Assembly (NCBI GenBank): GCA_049322915.1
Contig: JBMOPW010000016.1
Span: 39,971 to 103,970 of the forward strand
Direction: 5' to 3'
Length of the DNA stretch: 64,000 nt
DNA from: Candidatus Zhuqueibacterota bacterium
GTDB lineage: Bacteria > Zhuqueibacterota > Zhuqueibacteria > Thermofontimicrobiales > Thermofontimicrobiaceae
Shown here: positions 17,988-28,024 of the stretch, one piece after another
How positions within the stretch are numbered: the first letter of the stretch is position 1
How the letters are laid out: each line of letters begins with the position of its first letter
Translations under genes and position numbers: made by a program
The notes under the pieces: generated by a model
Told to the model about the DNA's origin: nothing
Seen by the model: only the letters and a program-made list of their open reading frames with translations
The model's database searches: none

Positions 17988-20900
17988 ATGAATTCACTCC
18001 CCGAAAAAATAATGAGGCAAATTCCTTCTGCATTTTTGATTGCCGGCTGGAAAATTTACAGCGAGGGCAAATACAAATATTTTGACTTCGTCCGAAACTC
18101 GTACACCAGTCATTTCAAGGAGAAGCGAGGAAGCTACTGGACCACCATCAGGAAGCATAGCGATCAAAGCACGTTTCAGACCTATTGCACGTGCAATTCC
18201 TATTTGATGAATATGAACTGCCCCCATGTGGCAGCGTTGTTTTTCATCATATATGGTTCGGGTGAACATTCGTCGGATGTCGAAAAGACGCTGTACAAGA
18301 ATTTCGAAACGAGCATCTGGGTGAATATTGCCAAGTTATGTTATGAACACTGGCAGGAGGATAAATTAGCCATTGCGTGCGAGGCGACGCCGGATCAGGG
18401 AGGGAAACGCGACATCCGCATTAGCGGCGCTGATTCCGAAGGACTACAAATTTTCAAATTCATACTGACAGCGCCCTATCGGGAGCGATTCCTGTTGAAA
18501 TATCGCTGGCAATTCTTTGAGCATATTGAGGAAGATGTATTTCCGTGGAGTGAATACAACGATGATATGGAATTTCTGACTGCGGACAAGTCCGAACTGG
18601 AAATCCGCATGAACATGTCCGGGTATAAGTCCTGGCAGCAAAAATTTGAAGATAGCTATTGGTACGATTTTGCCAAAGCATGGTATCTGGGCTATGAAGA
18701 TCAGGGGTATTCGGTCGTTTATTCCGAAAAAGAGATGTCCCTGAAAATATTTTCCGGCGAGGACAATTTTGAATTCTGCATTCCCAATAAACAGATATCT
18801 TCCATCATCTCGAAGTTGGCGCAAAACGAAGCCATTCGGGATACACTCAACATTTCCCAGGAAAAGCTTCAACTCAATTATTCGCTGGAAATCAACGATG
18901 CGCACGATTTAATCATCACGCCGGTGTTGATTTTCCCTGATAATTCGGATCCGATATTTTGTCGGGCCGGGGACGCTTTAAAGCCGGTGATTTTCGGGAA
19001 GTACCTTTATCTGCAAAATCGCGGCTTTTTTCAGTACGAACGGGCTATCAAATACTTTGACGCCAATATTTTCAATCTGGAAGAGGTGCGCATTCCCAAC
19101 GATTCGATCCCGAAACTGATGCAAGATTATAAAAAATATTTTGACAAAGGCGAGTTCCATTACGTCAGTCCTTCATTGAAAAATAAGGACTTTGATTTGA
19201 CCATCAAGAATTTGGAGATTCACGTCGAATCGATCGAGGATGATTGGCTGTTTCTCTCCCTGAACTACAGCCTTGCGCGGGAGACGGTGTCGCTGTATGA
19301 TATTTATCAGGCGCTTCGCACAAAAACGCGCTACATCATTGGACAGAAGACCTGGATCGACATGCAAAGCAGCGGCATCGAATGGATTAAAACATTGATT
19401 GACTACGGCGGCGCCTTTTTCGAATTGGACGATAAACACACGGTGCGGCTGAAACTGAATAAGATGAACTTCCTGAGGCTCCGCTCCCAACTACCTGCCC
19501 AGGGCAAAATATCGGCCCATCCGGAATTGATCGAACGAATCGATCTGCTGCAGAATTTAAAATCCTCGGTGAACTGCCCGTCGGTGGCAAACAGGAAATA
19601 TGATCTGCGCGAGTACCAGAAAAACGGCTATGAATGGCTGTGGTTCCTCTACGAAAACCGGCTGGCCGGCCTGTTGTGCGACGATATGGGTCTCGGGAAA
19701 ACGTATCAATCCCTGGCGCTGATTGATGGCGTGACCATGTTCGTTAAAAAACCAACGAATTTTCTGGTCGTTTGCCCGACATCGGTGCTGCCCCACTGGC
19801 ATGATAAATTGTTTCAGTTGAAGAAGAAAGTGAATGTTCATCTGTATTATGGCGGCGACAGAGATCTGGATAATATTGACAGCGAAAAATATTCCGTCAT
19901 TCTGACCTCGTACGGAATTCTCCGCAATGACTTTGCCATCCTTTCGAAGATAGCCTTTGAAGTCGCTATATTCGATGAAATTCAGACCGGGAAGAACAAG
20001 GCCAGCCTCACCAATGCCGCTTTGAATCAACTCCAGGCCAGGGTGAAAATTGGGCTGACCGGCACCCCGATTGAAAATAGCCTGAGCGAACTGAAAGCGT
20101 TGATAGACATCATCCTGCCTTCGTACCTCGGGAGCGACGCCGCATTCCGCACGCATTACATTGTCCCCATCGAGCGGAACAAGAATATGGAGAGGCTGGA
20201 GGAACTGCACCGCATCATCCAGCCGTTTGTATTGCGCAGAACGAAAGTGCAGGTATTGCAGGAGTTGCCTCCCAAAACCGAAGAGGTACGAAAATGTGAA
20301 TTGAGCGCGCATCAGGTGAAATTGTACCAGGATGTGATCAATTCCCGCGCCCAATTATTGATCGCCCAGCTTTTAAAACAGGAGAAGGGCATTCCGTACA
20401 TCCACATTTTCAGCGTGCTCAGCTCCCTCAAACAGATCTGCAATCATCCCAGCCAAATGGAGGATGGTTGCACCGATTACAACAAATATCAATCCGGGAA
20501 ATGGGACCTGTTCTGCGAGCTATTGGAGGAAAGTCTGGGCAGCGGATTCAAGGTGGTTGTGTTCAGCCAGTACTTGAATATGCTGGGGCTGATCGAAGCC
20601 TATTTGAAGGATAACCATATCCAATTTGCAACGATCAAAGGATCGACCCGCAACCGGCGGGAAATGATCGATGAATTCAATAAAAATCCAAAATGCCAGG
20701 TTTTCACGGGCAGTCTGAAGGCCTCCGGCTATGGCATTGATTTGATCGGCGGCTCCGTGGTCATTCATTACGACCGATGGTGGAATGCAGCCCGCGAAGA
20801 TCAGGCCACAGACCGCGTACACCGCATCGGGCAGACGCGGGGAGTTCAGGTTTTCAAACTGGTCACGGAGGGCACGCTGGAAGAAAAAATAGACCGGCTC

Positions 20901-21017
20901 ATTTCGAAGAAGAAAAAACTGATGGAGGAACTCATCCGCGAAGACGAAGCGGATATGGTGAAGAGTTTCACGCGCGAGGAAATGATCGATTTGCTCACGT
21001 TCGACATGGGGGAATAA
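17988..21017 (+). CDS. SWIM-zinc-finger SNF2/RAD54-family helicase
   Basis: CTC...CPH SWIM; LCDDMGLGKT, DEIQ, LTGTPIEN, LRRTK, QICNHP, VVFSQ, HYDRWWN, QATDRVHRIGQ. Start moved to ATG 17988. Confidence 0.93.
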   Translation: MNSLPEKIMRQIPSAFLIAGWKIYSEGKYKYFDFVRNSYTSHFKEKRGSYWTTIRKHSDQSTFQTYCTCNSYLMNMNCPHVAALFFIIYGSGEHSSDVEKTLYKNFETSIWVNIAKLCYEHWQEDKLAIACEATPDQGGKRDIRISGADSEGLQIFKFILTAPYRERFLLKYRWQFFEHIEEDVFPWSEYNDDMEFLTADKSELEIRMNMSGYKSWQQKFEDSYWYDFAKAWYLGYEDQGYSVVYSEKEMSLKIFSGEDNFEFCIPNKQISSIISKLAQNEAIRDTLNISQEKLQLNYSLEINDAHDLIITPVLIFPDNSDPIFCRAGDALKPVIFGKYLYLQNRGFFQYERAIKYFDANIFNLEEVRIPNDSIPKLMQDYKKYFDKGEFHYVSPSLKNKDFDLTIKNLEIHVESIEDDWLFLSLNYSLARETVSLYDIYQALRTKTRYIIGQKTWIDMQSSGIEWIKTLIDYGGAFFELDDKHTVRLKLNKMNFLRLRSQLPAQGKISAHPELIERIDLLQNLKSSVNCPSVANRKYDLREYQKNGYEWLWFLYENRLAGLLCDDMGLGKTYQSLALIDGVTMFVKKPTNFLVVCPTSVLPHWHDKLFQLKKKVNVHLYYGGDRDLDNIDSEKYSVILTSYGILRNDFAILSKIAFEVAIFDEIQTGKNKASLTNAALNQLQARVKIGLTGTPIENSLSELKALIDIILPSYLGSDAAFRTHYIVPIERNKNMERLEELHRIIQPFVLRRTKVQVLQELPPKTEEVRKCELSAHQVKLYQDVINSRAQLLIAQLLKQEKGIPYIHIFSVLSSLKQICNHPSQMEDGCTDYNKYQSGKWDLFCELLEESLGSGFKVVVFSQYLNMLGLIEAYLKDNHIQFATIKGSTRNRREMIDEFNKNPKCQVFTGSLKASGYGIDLIGGSVVIHYDRWWNAAREDQATDRVHRIGQTRGVQVFKLVTEGTLEEKIDRLISKKKKLMEELIREDEADMVKSFTREEMIDLLTFDMGE

Positions 21018-21111
21018 GGCCGGATTTCCGGTGGAAGGATTCTCCGCAGTCGATGGCCCGTTGGCCACACCCGTCTTTGAACCAGGGAGCCAAATTTAAC
21101 CTCAAAAAATT

Positions 21112-21157
21112 AACCCCGCTGACATCGCGGCATTTGGCCGCTCAGCGGGGTTTCTTT
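21112..21157. terminator. Bidirectional terminator between convergent genes
   Basis: AACCCCGCTGA...TCAGCGGGGTT stem flanked by A-rich and T-rich tracts. Confidence 0.75.
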
Positions 21158-21170
21158 CATCAATACCTGC

Positions 21171-24100
21171 TCAACTCTCCTGCTTTTCAAGCCATTCTTC
21201 TTTTGTCATCACTTTGATTGGCTGGAGCTTTTTGACGGCAAGTTTTTTATTGAGTGACGCAAGCTCCTTTTCGATGATTTGCCGGTACGAGACGTTCGCT
21301 TTCTCGATCTCTTTTTCCAGCACAATGATTCGTGCGAGCTGCGACTCGGTCGGCCTTCCAAAGTAATTGCTGACGCTTCCATAGACATCAACGACGCGTT
21401 CGCGGAGCTGTACTTCGCCGGTAATGCCAGCGCTCTTCTTCGTGGCGACGAGCGTTTTGTGCAGTTTGTCGAGTTTGTCAGCGAACTGTTTCAATCCGTC
21501 GGACAGGCCATCGCCTTTTTTCAACTGTTTGGAATGATCCCGGGCCATGTCGCGCGCAGCCGTAACCTGCTCGGCAATGTAGGCCAGATATTCCTGCATG
21601 CGATAGAGTTGCCACACGGTCTTTTGTTGAAGCGCCCGATCTTCGGCCGAATGGGGCAGCTTCGGATCGAACGCAATCTTTATCTCGGTGGACAGCGTGT
21701 CTTTACCGCGGATCAATTTTGCGGTGTAGGTTCCTTCCGGAACCGTAGGACCGAATAACGCCCCGCCAGCCAGAGTCGGCGCCGGCGCGACTTTGGGCGG
21801 TTTCAATCGCATGGGCCAATTGACAATATTTATGCCACGCCGCTTGCCGCCCGGCAGACTTTTGATCAACGCGCCTTCGGCGTCGAAAATCTCCACTTTC
21901 AAATCGCCGAACATATGCCGCTTTTTCATGGAATAAATCACTTTGGCGATTTCGTTCGGATTTGCGCCGATGAATTCGGCCGGCTCTGCGTAACGGATAT
22001 CGCCGCCCATGGATTTGATGTAAGTGACGGGCGACTTGAACAGATGAATGTCTGCGTCCGCAATTTCTTGGGTGATGTTGCGTAGCAGGTCGAGATCATC
22101 GACGATGTAAATTCCGCGACCATGCGTGGCGAGAATTAAATCCGCTTCACGCGGATGAATGGCGATATCGAAGACAGCCACATTGGGGAAATTGCCGGTG
22201 AACTGCGCCCATTGAGCGCCGCCATCGATGGATAAAAATAGCCCAAACTCGGTTCCGACAAATAGCAGATTCGGGCGCTCCAGATCCTCGCGAATGACAT
22301 GGGCGAAGCCCTTGATATCGTCCGTCACAAGTGACTGCCAGGTCGCTCCGAAGTCTGTGGTTTTATAGACATAGGTGCGCATGTCCCCGGTGCGATGCCC
22401 ATCGAATGTGGCGTAAGCGGTTCCCCGGTCGAAGCGACTGGCTTCGATGAAACTGCACCAGGTGTTTTTCGGCAAATTCGGAATGTTTTTCACCACATTG
22501 GTCCAGGCTTTTCCGCCGTCCCGGGTGACCTGCAAATTGCCATCGTCGGTACCGGCCCAGACGATTGTGAAATCCAGAGGTGATTCGGAAATGGTGAAAA
22601 TGGTGCAGTGGTTTTCGGCGCTGGTGTTATCGACGGTAATTCCGCCCGAGTTCTCCTGCTGTTGTTTCGCCGGGTCATTGGTCGTCAGGTCGTCCGAAAT
22701 TCTTGCCCATGAGTCGCCTTTATCTGTCGAGCGAAACAGGAACTGGCACCCAATGTACAACGCGTTTTTGGTGACGGCGATCGGCGTGTTCCAATTGAAA
22801 CGATAGGGTGGCTCGCCTTCTTTGGGCAGCGGTTTTATGTCCTTGCTCTCGCCAGTGGATTTGTGAAGCCGGGACAGGTTACCGCCCTGCCATTCGCGAT
22901 AAATGATGTCCGCATCCGCCGGATCAGCGATGACGTAAAATCCATCGCCGCCGCCAACCTGGCTCCAATCGGCATTGGTGACGCCATCCGGGCTTTGCGA
23001 TGGCCCGTAGCACGAACCGTTATCCTGCAAGCCGCCGTAAACATTGTACGGTTCGGCCATATCCACACTGACGTGATAGAATTGAGATACAGGGATGTTG
23101 TTCAGAAAATGCCAACTGGAGCCTGTATCGAACGAGACATACACGCCGCCATCTGTCCCTAAAACCAGATGGTCGGGATTACTGGGATTGATCCAAAATG
23201 CATGGGTGTCCGGGTGAAATCCTCTGAGTGAGTTAAAAGATTCGCCGCCATCTTTGCTCACATCCAGTACAAATCCCGGTTTATAGACGCGGTTATATTC
23301 GCGGGGATCGACCTGAAGCAGGCTGAAATAGAAGGGACGTTGTCCAATGCTTGTTGAAGAATCCAGGCGCGCCCAGTTCTCTCCCATATCTGCGGATCGG
23401 TAGACTGCGGTTTTTTTCGATTCGATGACCGCATACACGGTGCTGGGGCGACTCGGCGCCACGGCGACGGCGATTCTCCCAAGGTTCTCGCGGGGAATGC
23501 CCTGTTGCAGCTTCTTCCAGGTCTTCCCGCCATCGAGGCTGCGGTAGAGTCCGCTGCCTTTCCCGCCGGAATTGAATGTGTGCGGCTGTCGCCGGAATTC
23601 CCACATGGTGGCGTAAATGACATCCGGCTCCTGGGTATCCATGGCAATGTCGCTGCAACCGGTGTTCTCATCCACATAGAGAATTTTCTGCCAGGACTTT
23701 CCGCCATCGCAGGTTTTGTACACGCCGCGCTGGGGATTGGCATTCCACAGGTGACCCAGAGCGGCAACGTAGACGATATCCGGCTTTTTTGGATTGATCA
23801 GAATTCTGCCAATCCGTTCCGTGCTGTCCAGGCCGACGCAGGTCCAATTGTCTCCGCTATCAGTTGATTTGTAAAGGCCGGTGCCCGCTGAAACGCTGTT
23901 GCGGACCCATGTTTCACCGGTGCCGACCCAGATGGTATCCGGATGCGTTTGATCGATGGTAATGGCCCCAATGGATTGCGTGTATTTATCAAAAACGGGT
24001 TTGAACGATACGCCGGCGTTGATAGATTTCCAGACGCCGCCGTTGGCAGCACCCACGTACATAATTCGGGGGGTTTTGGCGACGACGTCCAGGGCGGTAA

Positions 24101-24260
24101 TACGTCCGCCGATAACTGCCGGGCCAATGGAACGAGCTTCAATTGCGCCAAATGTGTAGGTATCGATTTTCTTTTCAGGCGAGAGGGATGGTGTCACCGC
24201 CCAAGTGCCTGAAACACAGAGAAGTAAAATCACGAAGGCTATCAATGATTTTCGGATCAT
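21171..24260 (-). CDS. Secreted BNR/Asp-box (VPS10-like) beta-propeller protein, glycosyl-hydrolase-like
   Basis: Signal peptide; RSIGPAVIGGRI; many SxDGGxxW Asp boxes; GGLQDNG; ATHGRG. Confidence 0.88.
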   Translation of the reverse strand: MIRKSLIAFVILLLCVSGTWAVTPSLSPEKKIDTYTFGAIEARSIGPAVIGGRITALDVVAKTPRIMYVGAANGGVWKSINAGVSFKPVFDKYTQSIGAITIDQTHPDTIWVGTGETWVRNSVSAGTGLYKSTDSGDNWTCVGLDSTERIGRILINPKKPDIVYVAALGHLWNANPQRGVYKTCDGGKSWQKILYVDENTGCSDIAMDTQEPDVIYATMWEFRRQPHTFNSGGKGSGLYRSLDGGKTWKKLQQGIPRENLGRIAVAVAPSRPSTVYAVIESKKTAVYRSADMGENWARLDSSTSIGQRPFYFSLLQVDPREYNRVYKPGFVLDVSKDGGESFNSLRGFHPDTHAFWINPSNPDHLVLGTDGGVYVSFDTGSSWHFLNNIPVSQFYHVSVDMAEPYNVYGGLQDNGSCYGPSQSPDGVTNADWSQVGGGDGFYVIADPADADIIYREWQGGNLSRLHKSTGESKDIKPLPKEGEPPYRFNWNTPIAVTKNALYIGCQFLFRSTDKGDSWARISDDLTTNDPAKQQQENSGGITVDNTSAENHCTIFTISESPLDFTIVWAGTDDGNLQVTRDGGKAWTNVVKNIPNLPKNTWCSFIEASRFDRGTAYATFDGHRTGDMRTYVYKTTDFGATWQSLVTDDIKGFAHVIREDLERPNLLFVGTEFGLFLSIDGGAQWAQFTGNFPNVAVFDIAIHPREADLILATHGRGIYIVDDLDLLRNITQEIADADIHLFKSPVTYIKSMGGDIRYAEPAEFIGANPNEIAKVIYSMKKRHMFGDLKVEIFDAEGALIKSLPGGKRRGINIVNWPMRLKPPKVAPAPTLAGGALFGPTVPEGTYTAKLIRGKDTLSTEIKIAFDPKLPHSAEDRALQQKTVWQLYRMQEYLAYIAEQVTAARDMARDHSKQLKKGDGLSDGLKQFADKLDKLHKTLVATKKSAGITGEVQLRERVVDVYGSVSNYFGRPTESQLARIIVLEKEIEKANVSYRQIIEKELASLNKKLAVKKLQPIKVMTKEEWLEKQES

Positions 24261-24313
24261 GGGAAAGCTCCTTTTTTAGAACAGATCAGAGGAATTTTTC
24301 GATCGATGAAATT

Positions 24314-24339
24314 CTCCCCGGGCAGAAGCGCCCGGGGAG
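24314..24339. terminator. GC-rich hairpin between co-oriented genes
   Basis: CTCCCCGGGC-AGAAGC-GCCCGGGGAG; weak U-tract, so may be a stability or attenuation hairpin. Confidence 0.45.
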
Positions 24340-24406
24340 TTACCATCATTTTCGGTGTGTGCGCGCATTTCGGGTTTAGCGGTCGATGCAGAATTGAATT
24401 CGAACA

Positions 24407-25162
24407 CTAATTTTGGGGTGTTTCCGGCGCGCTTTCTTTCACAGGCATTTTGAAAAGGGAATCGTCGACTTCCACGTTCATTTCAATGGTGTCGATGGTG
24501 ATTTGCGAAACTGTCTGGCCGCTGACTTTGGTTTCCATGGCCGTGCCAACCATCAGACCATTCACCTCTTTGTAATCGCTGATGGATGTCTCAGCCTCGA
24601 TCTGGGTCCCCTGACGATCGATTTTCGCGATGGTCTTAATTTCCAGGAAGTGTTCGGCATCGATGAGATCGTAACGAACATCGCCATTCTTCAGCACGAC
24701 TTTGACCTTGTACACGTCTGTGCCTTCCATGTTTTCTTTGCCGATCAACTCGACTGTATGACCTTTATCCTTGGAGTCCACCAGATGCCCGTCCATGTCC
24801 GCTTGTTCTTCGACACTCCTGGCCTGATCTTCCGGCATTTTTTGTGGATCATTTAAACCCATAAAAGGATTAATCCACCAGGCGTTTTGTCCATCAAAAA
24901 CCTGCACCATCGTTTGTCCCTGTAACGAGACTTCGAGGCGGATGCAGTTCGGGCGCTTTTGAATGATCGTAAACGGAATTTCCATGCCCTGCATCATTTG
25001 CTTGCCGGTCATTTTAACGGTATTCACGGCTTTCAGCTTATCATAACCGCCGCGGGCTTCGATATTCTTTTTGATGATGTCATCGACTGTTTCCTGGGCG
25101 AATGCCAGCGCGCACATCGCCAGCACGAATATTCCAGTCAGAACGACTAATTTTCGAGACAT
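24407..25162 (-). CDS. Periplasmic LolA-like (outer membrane lipoprotein-sorting) protein
   Basis: Signal peptide ending AFA; KNIEARGG, KRPN, FDGQNAW, SDYKEVNGL, VDDSLFKMP. Confidence 0.75.
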   Translation of the reverse strand: MSRKLVVLTGIFVLAMCALAFAQETVDDIIKKNIEARGGYDKLKAVNTVKMTGKQMMQGMEIPFTIIQKRPNCIRLEVSLQGQTMVQVFDGQNAWWINPFMGLNDPQKMPEDQARSVEEQADMDGHLVDSKDKGHTVELIGKENMEGTDVYKVKVVLKNGDVRYDLIDAEHFLEIKTIAKIDRQGTQIEAETSISDYKEVNGLMVGTAMETKVSGQTVSQITIDTIEMNVEVDDSLFKMPVKESAPETPQN

Positions 25163-25607
25163 AAAACACTCCTTGTTTAAATGAAATGATGAACCAATGA
25201 ATTATGAGATCGGCGTCAAAACATGTCCGCCTCACGAGGCAGATGCTCAAATCAGGCTGTCCGGGTGTTGCCTGAAATTGTGAACGCATGATTCAAGCTG
25301 AGCCTGCGAGACTAACCTGGATTGAGGTTGTGCCCTGAATTGCCGACAGGGCGGCTCAATATAGAAATTTAATCGTTGAAAATCAATGACAATGTTACGG
25401 CAGGTGTGTTTTATTGTTGCAATTATTTTCTCAGGATAGCAATGAAATAGAGCTTGATTTTTATTCTAATATTTTTTATACTTGGCGCGATGAATCTGGC
25501 TGGAACTGGTTGTCGGCTCGAAATATGGTTCCGGCAGGCAATTTAATGAATCGGACGAATTGAAACGAACAGAATGATTTGTAATTTAATGTACGAGGGA
25601 AGGAAAT

Positions 25608-26543
25608 ATGAAACTGAGCAGGAACATCAGACATCAAATTCGCGATTATACGGCCATTACGATCGGCGCGTTCATCATGTCGGTTGGAGTTGGCGCTTTT
25701 TTGGTCGATGCCAAGGTGGTGCCGGGCGGCGTCAGTGGCCTGGCCATGACCGTGCATTATCTCACGGATTACAAATTTTCAGTGGGACTCCTCATGTGGC
25801 TGTTCAATATTCCACTGTTCATCTGGGGACTGAAGGAACTGGGGAGCCGGTTTGGATTGAGGACGTTTGTGGGTTTTACGCTCAACTCACTTTTCATCGA
25901 TTTGATCCGGGGAAATATTCCCGGATTTCGATTCATCCGATTACAGGATTCGGCTGCGATCCGGGATATGTACCAGAACGATTTCATCCTCGCGATTCTT
26001 TTTGGAGCGGCGTTGTTGGGCATTGGATTGGGGATAATATTCAAATTCCGCGGCACCACGGCGGGCTCCGATATCGTGGCTGCCGTCATGCAGAAGAGGT
26101 TTGGCTGGAAACCGGGTCAGGCCATGATGCTCATCGATTTTTTTGTGATCACAGCCGCTGGTTTTGTGATTCAATATAAGCACCTGTCGGAGTTCAAGCC
26201 GGCGTTGTCGTTGACGTTGTACGCATTCATCCTGTTGTTCATTTCCGCCCGCATCATCGACGTCATCATCGATGGTATGGATTATGCCCGCGCCGCTATC
26301 ATTATCTCTCCCAAATATGAAGAAATCGCCGAAGCGATTATGGACGACCTCAGCCGCGGCGCTACCGCTCTGCGCGGTTATGGCCTGTATACCCAGGTGG
26401 AGCGGCAGGTGATTTTTACGGTTATCACCCGGAAGGAAACCACGCAATTGACGGACATTGTCAAAGAGATCGACCCGGATGCGTTCGTCATTATCAATAA
26501 TGTACATGAAGTGCTGGGCGCCGGATTCCGGCGGAGGATGTGA
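25608..26543 (+). CDS. YitT family membrane protein
   Basis: VPGGVSGLA, NIPLF, GTTAGSDI, RGATAL.GYG, EIDPDAFV, EVLGAGF. Confidence 0.93.
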   Translation: MKLSRNIRHQIRDYTAITIGAFIMSVGVGAFLVDAKVVPGGVSGLAMTVHYLTDYKFSVGLLMWLFNIPLFIWGLKELGSRFGLRTFVGFTLNSLFIDLIRGNIPGFRFIRLQDSAAIRDMYQNDFILAILFGAALLGIGLGIIFKFRGTTAGSDIVAAVMQKRFGWKPGQAMMLIDFFVITAAGFVIQYKHLSEFKPALSLTLYAFILLFISARIIDVIIDGMDYARAAIIISPKYEEIAEAIMDDLSRGATALRGYGLYTQVERQVIFTVITRKETTQLTDIVKEIDPDAFVIINNVHEVLGAGFRRRM

Positions 26544-26568
26544 GGTGATTAGTTTTAAAATAAAAAAT

Positions 26569-26850
26569 TGCCGCGTAGCCGCCAGGGCGCAAAGAAGAAC
26601 ATTTGAAATTTGAAGCAGGACTGTTAAAATTTTTCAGAAATTTTCTCATTGAAATCTTGTAACCGTTCACCGGTTCATCGTTCAGGGTTCAAGGTTAATG
26701 ATAACGTACAGTTGCTGATGGACTATTTTCGCGCACAAAAAGTCTCGCGCAAACCTATCCAAAACCCCAACCGGGAACAATGAACCCGGAACCTGTGAAC
26801 AGCTACGAAATCTTTCTTTTAATACTTCGCAACTTCGTGTCTTCTCGGCA
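26569..26850. repeat. Degenerate inverted repeat with ~8-9-nt periodic arms, interrupted by a MITE
   Basis: Left TGCCGCGTAGCCGCCAGGGCGCAAAG versus right CTTCGCAACTTCGTGTCTTCTCGGCA; imperfect complement. Confidence 0.45.
26659..26806. mobile_element. MITE, 148 bp, GTA(A/G)C termini, 7-nt periodic arms
   Basis: Ends GTAACCGTTCAC / GTGAACAGCTAC; exact 8-bp direct repeat GAAATCTT at 26651-26658 and 26807-26814. Confidence 0.85.
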
Positions 26851-26871
26851 TTCTTTTATCTCCATCAAAAA

Positions 26872-27972
26872 TCAATCGCGCGCATAGCACGAGAATCCGG
26901 CGTCGCGAATCAGTTTCACTGCTTCCCTGCGCTCCCGTTCTGTGTCAAACGCCAGGCGGATGGAGCCGCCTTCGCCTTCGCGGACTTTGAGCACTTCAAT
27001 GTCCTTGATATTGATATTGTTTTGAGCCAGCAGGTTGGAGAATTTGGCGATCACGCCGGGAATATCTTCCACGGCAATGGAGACGTCGTGCAACGGCCGC
27101 AAGAACCCCTTGCTGTCTTTCGGAATGGCGAGCCGCGTCGTGGCTGCCCTGTCGAAATAGGTCTCCAGATCCTGATCCAGCAGATGGTTTCGCACTTGCT
27201 TCAATTCATTCATGTATTCTTCTAAAAATTTCACGATCTGATCGCGGTTCGTGCGGCAGATGTCCTTCCACACCGAAAACGGGCTGGAGGCGATGCGCGT
27301 CATGTCCCGGAATCCTCCGGCAGCCAATTTCAGGAAATTGGCGTTTTGCTGATTGTGCCGACCCAATAAATTGACCATCGCCACGGCTGCAAATTGAGGC
27401 AGGTGACTGACGCCGGCAGCGATGTCGTCGTGCATTTCCGGGGTGAGCATGAGGATCTTCGCTCCGATTGATTCGAACAGCGTGCCTACCTTTCGGGTAA
27501 TGGCTTCCGGCACCAACAGGCCCGGCGTGAGCACCCAGATGGCATTTTCGAATAAAAACGGATCCGCTGATTCGATGCCCCGTTTCTCAGCGCCGGCCAT
27601 GGGATGGGTGCCGAGGAAGAAATTGCGCTTGCCAAAATACTTATTCGCCTCGGAGACGATGAGCGTTTTTGTGCTGCCTACGTCGCAGACCAGGGCATTT
27701 TCATCGGCGAATTGCGCAATCTGCGGCAGTAACTCCACAATCTGCTGTACCGGTGTGCACAGGAAAATGAGGTCAGAACCTTTGAGCGCCTGCGCCAACT
27801 CCGCTGGATTATATCCTTCAGAGATCGCCCCTCGCTCAAGCGCCTTGTGAATGATGGAATATTCATCCACGCCAATAATGGTTTGGCAAAATTTCTTCCT
27901 GTTCAATGCCAGACCAATAGACCCGCCAATTAGCCCGGTCCCGATAATGGTAATCTGGGAGCATTTTTGCAT
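26872..27972 (-). CDS. tyrA: Prephenate/arogenate dehydrogenase with C-terminal ACT domain
   Basis: IGTGLIGGSIG, DVGSTK, HPMAGAE, HD..AAGVSHLP, GGFRDMTRIASS; ACT segment EDIPGVIA...INIKDIEV. Confidence 0.92.
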   Translation of the reverse strand: MQKCSQITIIGTGLIGGSIGLALNRKKFCQTIIGVDEYSIIHKALERGAISEGYNPAELAQALKGSDLIFLCTPVQQIVELLPQIAQFADENALVCDVGSTKTLIVSEANKYFGKRNFFLGTHPMAGAEKRGIESADPFLFENAIWVLTPGLLVPEAITRKVGTLFESIGAKILMLTPEMHDDIAAGVSHLPQFAAVAMVNLLGRHNQQNANFLKLAAGGFRDMTRIASSPFSVWKDICRTNRDQIVKFLEEYMNELKQVRNHLLDQDLETYFDRAATTRLAIPKDSKGFLRPLHDVSIAVEDIPGVIAKFSNLLAQNNINIKDIEVLKVREGEGGSIRLAFDTERERREAVKLIRDAGFSCYARD

Positions 27973-28024
27973 GGCTTAACCTCGAAGTTTTGTGAAGGAA
28001 ATTCAAGTGATGTCTTGCTACTTA

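Noticed and set aside
17988..21017. SNF2 helicase as part of a defence system (DISARM/Zorya-like)
   Set aside because: It is the common SWIM-SNF2 type, with no methylase, nuclease or other defence genes adjacent.
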